Assembly (NCBI GenBank): GCA_013286655.1
Contig: JABDFG010000005.1
Location: 9,712-73,711 of the forward strand
Source of the DNA: Bacteroidota bacterium
GTDB lineage: Bacteria > Bacteroidota > Bacteroidia > JABDFU01
DNA length: 64,000 nt
Direction: 5' to 3'
The notes below the pieces were generated by a model. It saw only the letters and a program-made list of their open reading frames with translations. It had not been told where the DNA came from and did no database searches. Numbering within the stretch: position 1 is the first letter of the stretch; every line of letters starts with the position of its first letter. The translations under genes were made by a program, and so were the position numbers. Of this stretch, positions 9,285 to 20,600 are shown in pieces.

Positions 9285-10640
9285 ATGAAAATAAGAAAAA
9301 AAATCACCCTGGTGTACTCCCTCATTGTGGGATTTATCCTGGTGTTTTCCAGTTTATACATTTACTCGCTTTCGAAAAAATATTCGGACCAGCTGTTTTA
9401 TACCCGCCTGAAAGAAAGGGCATTTGTGGCTGCCAATATTTATTTCGAAAAGGATGAATTGAGTCCTAAACTTTATGAGCACATCCAGAAAGAGTTTCTT
9501 CATTCTCTGAATCATGAGGGTATTGTGATTTATGATCATAGCAATGACCTTTTGACCAAGGATGAAAAGCCAATCGTGGATGTTCCAATAACTATTATTG
9601 ATCAAATCCGCCAGGAAAGGTACCTGCAGTTTAGAGATGGGGACCGGCAATCGGTGGGAATATTTTATCAGGATAACCAAGGTGATTTTGTTATTATCAC
9701 TTCGGCAATTGATGACATGGGCATCGAAAAGATTAATCATTTAAAAAAAGTGTTGATCCTTAACTTTTTTCTTACGATCGTGGTTGTGATCGTTACGGGG
9801 AGAATCATTGCGAATCAACTGCTTCTTCCGATGAAGGAAATGGTTGACCAGGTGAACCGGATAAGGGCTACGAATCTTCATTTACGGTTGACTGAGAATG
9901 AAAGCAAGGATGAGTTGTCGGAACTTGGAACTACTTTTAACCAGATGCTCCTGCGCCTGGAAAAGGCTTTTGAATCGCAAAAACAGTTTATACATTATGC
10001 TTCTCATGAGCTTAAAACACCGCTCACTTCTATTATGGGTAAAGTGGAAGTGGTACTCAACAGGAGTCGTTCTGAAGAAGAATACAGAAAAGCCCTGAAT
10101 GTAATTTTAATGGAAGCAGAACGATTGAATAAATTGACGAACGGCCTTTTGTCTTTGTCTAAGGTAAATTACGATGAGGATAAAATTTTGTTTGCAAAAA
10201 TCAAGGTGGATCAATTGCTTGCAAGTGTTATAAAGGATCTGCAGACACATGTTCCGGACAGTAAAATTCGTCTTTTTTATGCTTCTGATCTCCCGGAATC
10301 GTATTTTCTGAACGGGAATGAAAGCATGTTGTACTCCGCATTTTACAACATTATTGAAAATGCCATAAAATTTTCAGGTAAGGAGGAGGTGTGTGTGTGT
10401 TTAGAAAAGAAGGGTGGAGAATTGCTGGTACAAATAAGCGATAAGGGAATTGGGATTAACCCGGAAGATTTTGAGAATGTTTTCAAACCGTTTTATCGCC
10501 AGCAAAATGCGTTGAGTTATCCAGGTTCGGGTCTGGGTCTTTCTATAGCGGAAAGAATCGTTAAACAACACCGTGGAAAAATTGATATCACATCTAATCC
10601 CGGAACAGGTTCTGTTTTTGAAATACGTTTTTTAATCTGA
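9285..10640 (+). CDS. Sensor histidine kinase (2 TM, HAMP, HisKA, HATPase_c)
   Basis: 451 aa. H-box YASHELKTPLT, N-box NIIENAIKFS, and G-boxes DKGIGI and GSGLGLSI. Confidence 0.9.
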   Translation: MKIRKKITLVYSLIVGFILVFSSLYIYSLSKKYSDQLFYTRLKERAFVAANIYFEKDELSPKLYEHIQKEFLHSLNHEGIVIYDHSNDLLTKDEKPIVDVPITIIDQIRQERYLQFRDGDRQSVGIFYQDNQGDFVIITSAIDDMGIEKINHLKKVLILNFFLTIVVVIVTGRIIANQLLLPMKEMVDQVNRIRATNLHLRLTENESKDELSELGTTFNQMLLRLEKAFESQKQFIHYASHELKTPLTSIMGKVEVVLNRSRSEEEYRKALNVILMEAERLNKLTNGLLSLSKVNYDEDKILFAKIKVDQLLASVIKDLQTHVPDSKIRLFYASDLPESYFLNGNESMLYSAFYNIIENAIKFSGKEEVCVCLEKKGGELLVQISDKGIGINPEDFENVFKPFYRQQNALSYPGSGLGLSIAERIVKQHRGKIDITSNPGTGSVFEIRFLI

Positions 10641-10714
10641 TTTAGAAAAAAACCGAAATGCGAAGTATTCATGAACACAAATGAAGATAAAGAAAAGATG
10701 TGAATAATCAGGTT

Positions 10715-13700
10715 TCACCTAAGGAGGGTCACATTCCCCTTCTTGTTTACGCTTTGCCCGTTTAACAATGTGCCTGCTAAATAATAAACAAAAACCCCTG
10801 TATCCATTGGTTTACTGTTATATGTCCCGTCCCATCCTGCCGCTGGATTTGTAGTCTCAAACACCAGCTCTCCCCAACGGTCAAATACCTGTAAATGTAG
10901 TTGATTCATGCAGGTTGCTCCATGCACAAGAAACTCATCATTCTTTCCATCTCCATTGGGTGAAAAGGCTGTTGGAATATAGATACTTAATGCGTTGCAC
11001 TCGGATGCTTCTTTGACCGTGATGAGAACGCTGTCTATTGTCTCGCAATGATCGATATCCGTTATGGTCACCTGGTACAACGTTGTCATAAACGGATCCG
11101 CAATGGGATTGGAAATGGTCGAATCATTCAGCGAGAATCCAGGTGTCCATAAATAATTAATCCCGCCACTGGCAGTCAGCTGAACTTTTTCTCCCTTTAC
11201 TATTGCTGCATCCGGTCCGGCAGAGACAAGTGAGTTTTGGAAAAACACGATGCTTGCAGAAGCCGTGGCAGTGCAACCTCCTGCGTCTGTCACGGTGATG
11301 GTATACTGACCCGTATCCAGACCGGAAAGACCCGCTCCTGAAGCATGATTGCTCCAGGAATACGAAATAATTGAACCGGAAGAAATCGCGCTGGCCAGCA
11401 AGGTCCCTTCTTTTTTTCCATGACAGGTATTTGTCGAATGAACACTTACGCTTATGTCCGTAACTGATACTGTTACGGTTGCTGTTTGAGAAACACAACC
11501 TGCAGTAGATATACCTGTAACGGTATAGGTGACAGAAACGGCAGGACTTGCGGTCACGGAGGAACCATTGGCAGAACTTAATCCTGCAGCCGGACTCCAG
11601 GTATAGTCGATCCCCCCGCTTGCCCCGAGCAAGGTTGAATTTCCATTGCAAATAGCAGTATTCGGACTTACGGTGATAACCGGACTGGCACAGGATATGT
11701 TAAATTTCGCAAGGATGGATGTTTCATTTGTCCCAAGAGTAGTATTGTAATATGCTCCGGCGAGGGACTGAAGTTTGTAGCTGGTTCCGCTTGCGGCAGG
11801 ACCCTGAGCATCTCCCGCTACAAAAACACTTGTACCGTTGCTGCTGATATAACTTCCATCATTCTCTCCGTCAACTCCAAAATAAGTAGCCCATTGCCGG
11901 ATGCCGGATGTATTGAACTGTAAAATAAAGACATCCTGGTGGGTTCCGTTCCCAAGCGCAGCTTGAAAAAATCCACAGGTAGGAACAGAAGCCTGGGTCG
12001 GAAAATCTGTTGAGCTTGTTGCCCCGCACACCCATACATTCGATCCATCGCTTTGGATAGAATAGCCAATATCACTTTTGCTTCCTCCATAAAAGGTTCC
12101 CCATACCAGGCTGCTGTTGGCACAATTGAACTGTAAAATAAATGCAGTTCCGCCGGCATTGCCGGGATTGCTGTTAATCCCATTGAAATATTGACCAGTA
12201 GCTGGATTTTTAGTGGGGAAATCCGTCGAAAAGGAGACCCCGGTCAGCCATACATTTACTCCATCACTGCTAATGGACCTCCCTTCATCACCGAAAAAAA
12301 CGCCTCCGCCTCCGCTTCCCCCGTAATAGGTAGCCCATATCGGAGTACTGGTCACACAACTGAACTCTAAGATGAATACGTTGGTTGCTCCTGTACCTCC
12401 CAATGTTGCTTGATTATATGCTCCGCCAAGGGGATGCAAAGGAAAATCAGTTGAAGTAGTAAGGCCTGTTACCCATACATTTGATTTGTCACTTTGTATG
12501 GAATAACCAATATCGCTGCCACTTCCCCCGTAATAGCTGGCCCAGGTTAATGAACCGGTAGCGCAACTAAACTGCAAAACAAAGGCGTCTCCTGAACCTT
12601 TCGCAGCTTGATTATAGGCTGTTCCAAGAGTTTTAACGGGAAAATTTGTTGATTGTGTTTCTCCTGTTATCCATACACTTGACCCATCACTGTTTATGGA
12701 ATAACCAAAATCAATGATGCTCCCTCCATAATAAGTGGCCCAGGTTCTGCTGCCGGTACTGACTTGAAATTGCAAAACAAAAGCATTAAAAACTCCTCCT
12801 ATCGTAGGTTGATTATATGCAGTACCCAGATTTTTCGTGGGGAAATTTGTTGATTGTGTTTCTCCTGTCACCCATATATTTGTGCCATCACTGCTGATGG
12901 AATTGCCTTGATCCATTGAACTACCCCCATAATAAGTTGCCCAGATGAGTTTGCCGCAGGTGCTGAACTGGAGTATAATGACATCTGAAGAACCAATTAC
13001 CTTTCCCTGAAAATAAGCTCCTCCCCTTGGGTTAAGTGTATCTCCAGCCGGAAATCCGGTATTCAGGGAATATCCGGTCAGCCATACATTTGCTGCGTCG
13101 GCACTTATTGAATTAATGTCTTCCCCCCCATTTGTGACAGAACCACCAAAATAGGTTGACCATTGCAATGTTGGATCTATGATTAAATTCATACCGGGAT
13201 TATACTTCCCTATTTTAAACACCAGCTTATTTCCCTGAATGCTGAAATGCGTATCTATTGTCCGGTGATCGTCAGCCTGGTAACTTACCGGGATTCCCTC
13301 CATCATATCACCCATAGGTGTGGTTATTTTAACAGAGCCGTCTCTTTGCAATTTTGGCTTATCCGTCCATCTGTAACGGAGCTGTATAAGTGCAGGGTCG
13401 GCTCCCGGATGAACAATAAAATCATATTCAAGTCCCCCTGTATTTTTCAAATCCTCCTTATTCGCCTCCTTTCCTTTATCTTCATTTGAGTTCATGAATG
13501 CTTTGCCTTTCTCCATTCCGGGATCCTGATTTTTTTGATACAATACCCAATCTATTCCGGGATAAATATTCTTAATCGTAATTTTTTTATAGCTGTGGAC
13601 GTTCAACACTCCATCCGGACAATGGGGCAAGTAATAGTCCGTCCGGTCTTCGCTTTCCTGCTCTTGAATGATGTTTTCTTTCTTAATTACCGCCCCTGCC

Positions 13701-14089
13701 AACTCCATATCAGCACGGCAATATTGAATTTGGGTACGTTCCTGATTTTGCAAACTGCGGCCTGGTAAAGGGGCAGAATTTCTCAGTTGCGGTATAACAG
13801 ATTTCTCTATTTTGGCAAACACATAGCTCAAGCCCCAGGTTGTAATATAGATATCAACTCCGTCACCATTCACCTTAAACAACAACTTATTATCGGTCAC
13901 ACACTTACCCGAATTGCCGTCTTGCAAATCCGCCATCTGGCCTTTGTTCTCTGTAAAGCGAAGACTTCCCGAGCTTTGTAACCAGCTATTGACCGTAGAT
14001 TCCAAAACAGGATCGTTTCCTGCATAAAATGGTATTATAGTCCAGACACTGACAAGGTAAACCGCAACTATTTTATTCAGCATCCGCAT
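10715..14089 (-). CDS. Secreted SBBP beta-propeller-repeat / SprB-repeat protein with T9SS type B C-terminal sorting domain (paralog P1)
   Basis: 1124 aa with a signal peptide and a conserved N-terminal domain (FTENKGQ). It has repeated blades (W.TYYGGS...D.G.SI.SD..NVWVTG.T.S..FP) and an SprB-type repeat (NTCHGKKEGT...YSWSN). The C-terminus IPTAFSPNGDGKNDEF...FDRWGELVF is a gliding-motility-associated CTD. Confidence 0.85.
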   Translation of the reverse strand: MRMLNKIVAVYLVSVWTIIPFYAGNDPVLESTVNSWLQSSGSLRFTENKGQMADLQDGNSGKCVTDNKLLFKVNGDGVDIYITTWGLSYVFAKIEKSVIPQLRNSAPLPGRSLQNQERTQIQYCRADMELAGAVIKKENIIQEQESEDRTDYYLPHCPDGVLNVHSYKKITIKNIYPGIDWVLYQKNQDPGMEKGKAFMNSNEDKGKEANKEDLKNTGGLEYDFIVHPGADPALIQLRYRWTDKPKLQRDGSVKITTPMGDMMEGIPVSYQADDHRTIDTHFSIQGNKLVFKIGKYNPGMNLIIDPTLQWSTYFGGSVTNGGEDINSISADAANVWLTGYSLNTGFPAGDTLNPRGGAYFQGKVIGSSDVIILQFSTCGKLIWATYYGGSSMDQGNSISSDGTNIWVTGETQSTNFPTKNLGTAYNQPTIGGVFNAFVLQFQVSTGSRTWATYYGGSIIDFGYSINSDGSSVWITGETQSTNFPVKTLGTAYNQAAKGSGDAFVLQFSCATGSLTWASYYGGSGSDIGYSIQSDKSNVWVTGLTTSTDFPLHPLGGAYNQATLGGTGATNVFILEFSCVTSTPIWATYYGGSGGGGVFFGDEGRSISSDGVNVWLTGVSFSTDFPTKNPATGQYFNGINSNPGNAGGTAFILQFNCANSSLVWGTFYGGSKSDIGYSIQSDGSNVWVCGATSSTDFPTQASVPTCGFFQAALGNGTHQDVFILQFNTSGIRQWATYFGVDGENDGSYISSNGTSVFVAGDAQGPAASGTSYKLQSLAGAYYNTTLGTNETSILAKFNISCASPVITVSPNTAICNGNSTLLGASGGIDYTWSPAAGLSSANGSSVTASPAVSVTYTVTGISTAGCVSQTATVTVSVTDISVSVHSTNTCHGKKEGTLLASAISSGSIISYSWSNHASGAGLSGLDTGQYTITVTDAGGCTATASASIVFFQNSLVSAGPDAAIVKGEKVQLTASGGINYLWTPGFSLNDSTISNPIADPFMTTLYQVTITDIDHCETIDSVLITVKEASECNALSIYIPTAFSPNGDGKNDEFLVHGATCMNQLHLQVFDRWGELVFETTNPAAGWDGTYNSKPMDTGVFVYYLAGTLLNGQSVNKKGNVTLLR

Positions 14090-17000
14090 CAGCGCAGCAG
14101 GGTTATATTCCCCTTCCTATCGATACTTTCTCCGTTTGATAATGTGGCCCTAACATAATATACAAACACCGCAGTTTCCATCGCTTTTCCATGGCAGGTC
14201 CCATTCCATCCTGCTGCTGGATCTGTCGTCTCAAATACCTGTTCTCCCCAGCGGTCAAATAGCTGTAAATGAAACTGGGTTGCACACAGTGCACCTCTCA
14301 CATAAAGTACATCATTCTTTCCATCCCCGTTTGGAGAAAATGCAGTTGGAATAAATACCCGTGAAGCCTCGCAACCAATGACTGTTATCAACACGCTATC
14401 GATTGCCGAACAACCGCTTGCATCGGTTACTGTTACCAGATACTTTGTTGTTTGATCGGGAGTTGCTATGGGATTGTCAATGCCTGCATTGTTTAATGAG
14501 CCTGACGGAGTCCATAAATAAATAGCTCCTCCGCTTGCCATCAGTTGCACCTGTTCCCCCTCTGTAATCGTTGCATTTGTGCCTGCGGTGACAACCGGAT
14601 CAGGCAAGAGCGTAATGCTGACAGCTGTTGTAGCGGTACAACCATATATGTCCTTCACGGTTACCGTATACTCGCCTGTATCCAGGTTTGTTGCGGTTAA
14701 ACCTGTCACCATTAAACCTGTTCCCCAGTCGCTCCAGCCATACGTATCACCTATTCCGGAAGAGGAAAGCGTGATTGCTCCATTTGTTTCCCCTTTACAC
14801 GTATTGCTGGCCTTGAGTACCGTTACAGTTGGAAGCGGGACCGCATTTACCGTATCCGTAGTTGCGGCCGTGCAACCATCTGCGACATCGGTTGCAATGA
14901 CTGTATAAATACCTGCTGTTGTTACCGTCGCAGGATTGGGTGCATTAACCAGCACCCCTCCGTTCCATACCATTGTATTTCCTGCACTGAGTCCGGTTAA
15001 TGCCGCACTGCTTGTGTTGCAGGTAAGGGGAGGACCGCTGGTTACACTCAGTGGTGGAAGCGGCGAAATGGTTACCGTAATGGTCGCTGTGGCAGTGTCG
15101 GTACTGCCACAACCGATATTTGAAATACCCATTACTGTGTATGTGGTATTGGAACTTGGACTGGCAGAAACAGGTGAACCACTCGTGCTACTCAGGCCCG
15201 CAGATGGACTCCAACTGTAACTGTCCGCTCCGCTGGCTGTTAGTGTCACTGAACCTCCCGGGCAAATGGAGTTGCCACCTGCTGCCGAAAGAACGGGAGG
15301 GCTAGGACAAAGTATCTTGAATTTTCCGATAAACGTATTTTCACCTGGTCCTCCTCCTCCCAATGTATTTGTTCCTTCGAAATAGGCACCTGTTATATTT
15401 CTGATGGGATAGGTATTCATCTCAGCAGCATCTCCTGTAATAAAGACGTTAACCCCATCGCTGCTGATAATACTCCAATCATCTTCCAGGTCTATCCCAT
15501 AAAAGGTAGCCCATTGTCTTACCCCTGATGTATTAAACTGCAAAATAAAAACTTCCTGGCTTCCTCCTGCAAGCGATCCCTGAAAAAAGCCACAGGAAGG
15601 TTTCATGGTAGGAAAATCTGCTGAAGTTGACGCTCCACATAGCCATACATTTGTTCCATCACTTTGAATCGACATACCATTATCCAAGCCGCTTCCACCA
15701 TAATACGTAGCCCATTTTCTTTCGCTGGATGCACAATCAAATTGCAAAATAAACAGATTTTTAGTCCCACCCAGTGCTGGCTGATTGTACCCACCTCCAG
15801 CCTGAATTGGAAAATTTGCGGAAGAGGTCTGACCGGTTACCCATACATTCGCCCCATCACTGCTAATGGAATTTCCCTGATCTCCATTACCGCCGCTTCC
15901 GCCATAATACGTGGCCCATATCCGCTCATTCGTAGTGCAGTTAAACTGCAAAATGAATGCATTGGTAGTTCCACCCACTGCTAAAGCAGCTTGATTGTAA
16001 ACTCCCGGAGCACCACTAATTGCAGCCTGGGTAGGAAACCCTGCTCCCGCGGTGCCGGTCACCCATACATTCACACCATCCGTGCTAATAGAATTTCCCA
16101 CATCACCTCCACTTCCCCCATAATACGTGGCCCATTCCCGTGCATGTGTAGTGCAGTTAAATTGTAAAATGAAGGCATTGGTAGTTGCTCCTGCTGCTAA
16201 AGTAGCCTGATTGTAAACTCCCGGACCAGCACCAATTGCAGCCTGGGTAGGAAACCCTGCTCCTGCTTTTCCTGTCACCCATACATTCACCCCATCACTG
16301 CTAATGGAATTTCCAACATCAATTCCACTTCCCCCATAATACGTGGCCCATATCCGTGCATTCGTAGTGCAGTTAAACTGCAAAATGAAAGCATTGGTAG
16401 TTGCTCCTGCTGCTAAAGTAGCCTGATTGTAAACTCCCGGACCACCAGTTGCAGCCTGGGTAGGAAATCCTGCTCCTGTGATACCCGTCACCCATACATT
16501 CACCTGGTCACTGAAAATGGAATAGGAATTAACTACATTTGCGTATCCTCCACTGTAATAGCTAGCCCAGATAGGCTGACCACAGGTGGTGCCAAATTCA
16601 AGGATAAGAAAATCTCCTCCCGGTAAATAATTTGCCTGAAAATAAGCTGTCCCACCTGAATTCATAGTTGGAAATCCAAAATTGCTTATTGCAACTATTA
16701 CCCATACATGGATCCCATCACTGTTTATCGAACTTGGCTCGGAATCTATATTGCCCCCATAATACGTAGCCCATGTCAATTCCGGATCTATTGTCAACTG
16801 TTCATCTTTAGGGTAATTATCAAGAATGAAACCTATTTCATTACCATGGATAACATAACGGGTGATTATGTTACGCTCTTTATTTTGTCCATAACTCACT
16901 GGTATACCTTCCACGATGTCACCCATCGGAGTGCTTATTTTTATTGAACCGTCTTTTTGCAAGGAGGGTTTATCCGTCCATTTATACCGGAGTTTAATTT

Positions 17001-17682
17001 GTGACGGATCTGCCCCAGGATGTACCACAAAATCGTATTTAAGTCCTTGTTCATTTTTCAAATCCTTATTATTCGCATCCTTTCCTTTATCTCCATTTGA
17101 GTTTATGAATGCTTCGCATTTCCCAAATCCTGATTCCTGATTCTTTTGGTATAGCACCCAATCTATCCCCGGATAAATATTTTTAACCGTAATCCTTTCA
17201 TAGCTGTGCACATTCCGTATCCCCTGCGGACAATGGCTTAGGTAATAGTCAGTAAGGTCTTCATTTTCATATTCCCTAACAATATTTTCTTTTTTAATGT
17301 CCGCACCGACCAATTCCATATCCGCACGATCGTATAGGATCTGCTTACTTTCCCGGTTATGTGCACTGCGGTCAGGTAAACTAGTTGAATTATCAAGCTG
17401 CGGCTTTACCTGCTTTTCCGTTTTTGTAAAAACATAACTGAGCCCCCAGGTAGTGATATACATATCTACCCCACTCCCACTTGCTTTAAACAACAGTTCA
17501 TTGACTGGCTTTCTCTGCAGATCTTCCATCTGGCCTTTGTTCTCCAAAAAATGAAGGTTACCCTTGCTCATCCATGTTGTCACCTTGTTTTTCAGGGATG
17601 GATCATTGTTCCCTTTAACAGGCACTAGCATTCCGGACAATACAATACAAAGAGAAAGCTGAATTTTGAATACCGTTTTCAA
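14089..17682 (-). CDS. Secreted SBBP beta-propeller-repeat protein with T9SS type B CTD (paralog P2)
   Basis: 1197 aa. The N-terminal roughly 300 aa are clearly homologous to P1. The C-terminus is IPTAFSPNGDGKNDVLYV...FDRWGEQVF. Its stop TGA overlaps the P1 ATG by 1 nt (TGATG). Confidence 0.85.
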   Translation of the reverse strand: MKTVFKIQLSLCIVLSGMLVPVKGNNDPSLKNKVTTWMSKGNLHFLENKGQMEDLQRKPVNELLFKASGSGVDMYITTWGLSYVFTKTEKQVKPQLDNSTSLPDRSAHNRESKQILYDRADMELVGADIKKENIVREYENEDLTDYYLSHCPQGIRNVHSYERITVKNIYPGIDWVLYQKNQESGFGKCEAFINSNGDKGKDANNKDLKNEQGLKYDFVVHPGADPSQIKLRYKWTDKPSLQKDGSIKISTPMGDIVEGIPVSYGQNKERNIITRYVIHGNEIGFILDNYPKDEQLTIDPELTWATYYGGNIDSEPSSINSDGIHVWVIVAISNFGFPTMNSGGTAYFQANYLPGGDFLILEFGTTCGQPIWASYYSGGYANVVNSYSIFSDQVNVWVTGITGAGFPTQAATGGPGVYNQATLAAGATTNAFILQFNCTTNARIWATYYGGSGIDVGNSISSDGVNVWVTGKAGAGFPTQAAIGAGPGVYNQATLAAGATTNAFILQFNCTTHAREWATYYGGSGGDVGNSISTDGVNVWVTGTAGAGFPTQAAISGAPGVYNQAALAVGGTTNAFILQFNCTTNERIWATYYGGSGGNGDQGNSISSDGANVWVTGQTSSANFPIQAGGGYNQPALGGTKNLFILQFDCASSERKWATYYGGSGLDNGMSIQSDGTNVWLCGASTSADFPTMKPSCGFFQGSLAGGSQEVFILQFNTSGVRQWATFYGIDLEDDWSIISSDGVNVFITGDAAEMNTYPIRNITGAYFEGTNTLGGGGPGENTFIGKFKILCPSPPVLSAAGGNSICPGGSVTLTASGADSYSWSPSAGLSSTSGSPVSASPSSNTTYTVMGISNIGCGSTDTATATITVTISPLPPLSVTSGPPLTCNTSSAALTGLSAGNTMVWNGGVLVNAPNPATVTTAGIYTVIATDVADGCTAATTDTVNAVPLPTVTVLKASNTCKGETNGAITLSSSGIGDTYGWSDWGTGLMVTGLTATNLDTGEYTVTVKDIYGCTATTAVSITLLPDPVVTAGTNATITEGEQVQLMASGGAIYLWTPSGSLNNAGIDNPIATPDQTTKYLVTVTDASGCSAIDSVLITVIGCEASRVFIPTAFSPNGDGKNDVLYVRGALCATQFHLQLFDRWGEQVFETTDPAAGWNGTCHGKAMETAVFVYYVRATLSNGESIDRKGNITLLR
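15902..16549 (-). repeat. Three tandem near-identical 216-bp (72-codon) coding repeats inside P2
   Basis: The string CCATAATACGTGGCCCAT recurs at 15902, 16118 and 16334, an exact 216-nt period. Each unit encodes a blade of the form GAGFPTQAA..GVYNQATLAAGATTNAFILQFNCTT.AR.WATYYGGSG.DVGNSIS.DGVNVWVTG. More diverged copies flank the array. Confidence 0.85.
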
Positions 17683-17696
17683 TCTGAATTTGATTT

Positions 17697-20600
17697 CTAT
17701 TTGTTGTTGCCAACAAGCAACTGAACAAAGCCAGATCCGTTATACGCTTTTGATGTATACGATTCTGCTTTGTACACGTAATAGTAGGTTCCATCGGGAA
17801 CCATCGAGCCGCTCTGTGTTCTTCCATTCCAGGCTGCATTAACTGCATCTCCTTTAAACAATAATAATCCCCAACGATCATAAATGTCATAAGTTAAGCT
17901 CTGGATTCCTTTAGCAGTGAATTGAAACGTATCATTGTATCCATCCCCATTGGGGGAGAATACATTGGGAACAAAAATTGAAATTTCAGTTGCCTCCAGG
18001 CATTGCGATACCGAATTGGAACAGCTCAATGAATCCTTCACGATGAGCAGCACACAGTATTTTTCTACTCCATCAAACAAGTGACTTGGATTTTGCTGAG
18101 ATGAACTATCCTTTAGCCCTGAGGAGGGGTCCCCAAAATTCCAGAGCCAGCTAATCGCACCACTTGATGTATTGGTAAACTGCACAGAGGTATTCGCAGA
18201 AATAGATCCTGAAGGATTGCTGGTAAAGCCTGCTATAAGCGGGGTCGTTTGAGTCGTTCCTATTTTTACGCTGTCTGATGACTGGCAGCCTTTCGAATCG
18301 CTTACCGTTACCTTGTAGGTACCGGCCTTGGTTCCGGTAATTGGATCGTTTGTTGAGCCCCCCGGACTCCAGGAATACGTATAGGGCGGGTTTCCGTTCA
18401 CTGAAACAGTTGCCGTTCCATTACTGTCTCCGATGCAGGTTACGTCGCTGTGGCTGAAATTCAGAGAAGGAACTGTGACCTTCACATAAGCCGGTAGTAA
18501 TAAGGTATCCGTCCAGCAGGAAGTTTGTACAATCAGGTTAACATCGAAACTTCCGGTGCTGTCATATTTTATTACAGGATTTGGATTGGATGAGATTCCG
18601 GGAGTACCTCCTTTAAAGGTCCAGGAATAATTGGGCCTTTGTGTGCTGGAACAAGTGCTTACAAGGGAAGAGGGCGTAAAATTAGTCGACTGACCTTTGC
18701 AAAGACTAGCCGATGCTGCCGTGAAGTTTAAGGAAGGTTTGGTAAGTCCTCCGCAACTGTTTATATATAGTTGGGCAAATGCACCTGTTTCATTGGGAGA
18801 AGTCGTTTTGCAGACCGACTGAAACGCTCCGGGTGTTACCGGGTAATCACAGGCTGTAGAGGCACTCAGGTAAAGGTAACAGCCATAAACCGCAATGCAA
18901 CCGCCATAGCCGCCGGAGCCTAAAAGTGCAGTTTCATTATTGGGGCTACTGGAATTGCCCTTACCCAGGTATCCCAGGCACAGGTTAGTCCCTGTGGAGT
19001 CAAAAGTGCCAAAAAACTGATCCTCCGTACCTGCAAAAGTTGTTTGGAATGCGCAGGAGGTCACGGGCAAATCTGTATAGTAAGTGTCCCCGGCAATCAG
19101 CACATTGTCGTTCTTATCACAGGCCAGGCCGGTAGTTTCAATATCACCATAGCCGGGCATAGCTACCGTTGCGTTTCCACTGACATACGTACCCCATTTT
19201 CGGGTATGTCCGCTGCTGTCAAACTTTTCAATGTAGGCTCCAAAATGGCCGGATCCTGGTATAAAGGCCGTTTGAAAAGCTCCGCTAGTGGCTATGCCGC
19301 TTGTTCCGTTGGTTCTCCCATCAATGTATACATTGCACCTCGAGTCAATCGCTAGGGCATTCGCTTCATCAGTAGAAGTACTTCCAAAATAAGTACCCCA
19401 TACAGGTCCGCCTCCCGGGCTGAATTTAAAAACGAACGCGTCAAAAGCGCCTCCTACATAAGTGCTTCGATACGCCTGGGGCGTTGCAGGAAAATCACTC
19501 GAAGAAGTCGTCCCTGCCACGTAAACATTCCCAGCCTTGTCACAGGCGATTCCTCCCGGAATCTCACCGGAAGACCCTGATCCTCCCAGGTAGGTACCCC
19601 AGCCCAGACTGCCTCCCGGAAGGAATTTAGTCACAAATGTATTTGGGGTCCCCACCCCTTTAAGCGAGCCCTGAAAAGCTCCAAAGCTTGCAATAGCATT
19701 CGTTGAAGTGGTAGATCCATATAAATAGGCATTGCCACCCCGATCGGTAGCAACATCTAAGCCTAAATCATCCAGTGCACCTCCGTAATAGGTTGCCCAT
19801 TGCAGTACTCCGGCTGAGTCTAATTTTAATAAAAAAGCATCGTCCGCGCCTCCACCGTATTTGCTTTGTTGTACGGTAAAGCCCGAGCCGGATTTTAGTT
19901 GAACCGGTAAATCCTTGGATGTAGTTATGCCTGCAACCAAAATATTTGAGTTTACATCACACGCTACACCTGAACCTCCTTCCCCTCCTGTGCCTCCAAA
20001 AAAGGTAGCCCAGTCAAGATTCCCTCCGGCACTCATTTTTGCCACATAGGCATCACTCCCAACTCCCGACAAGAAATAAGCACAAACGCTTCCAGCTTTA
20101 TTCACCGTTTGAAATGCACCGGAAGTAGCCGGAAAATCAAGGGAGGCGGTAGCACCTGTAAATATTGAATTTCCCAGCGAATCGGTAGTCACTGAAACAC
20201 CTTCATCCATTTTAGATCCTCCAAAGTAAGTCACCCAGGGATCGATGACCAACGTGTAATCCGGATTATAGCTACCAACGTTAAATGAAACAATGGCTTG
20301 TGTTCCTTTTGCTGAACCAGGCTCCATTGGGTAGTTAATGGCATAGGATGCACTGACTTCCAACCTCTGCCCGTTTATTTGCTGATAAACTTTGGGTATG
20401 TATTCTCCCAATGGTTCCAGGCTGGTTTCGATCAGCAGTTTATTATCTTTAAGACCTATCCTTTTTGCACCGCTGTATTTTAGCTGAATAGCGGAAGGGT
20501 CTCCTCCCGGATTTACCAGGATGTCATATTCCAAACCGCTTTCCTTTTTGCCATAATACCTGACATCTGTATTTTTATAAATATTCTTTACAAGCACTTC

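Noticed and set aside
11157-19355. Many 60-165 aa ORFs on either strand inside the three giant SBBP genes (for example 11157-11651, 14579-14908, 15664-15984, 19044-19355)
   Set aside because: All are nested in or antisense to long, domain-rich ORFs. They have biased compositions and no independent start or RBS context.
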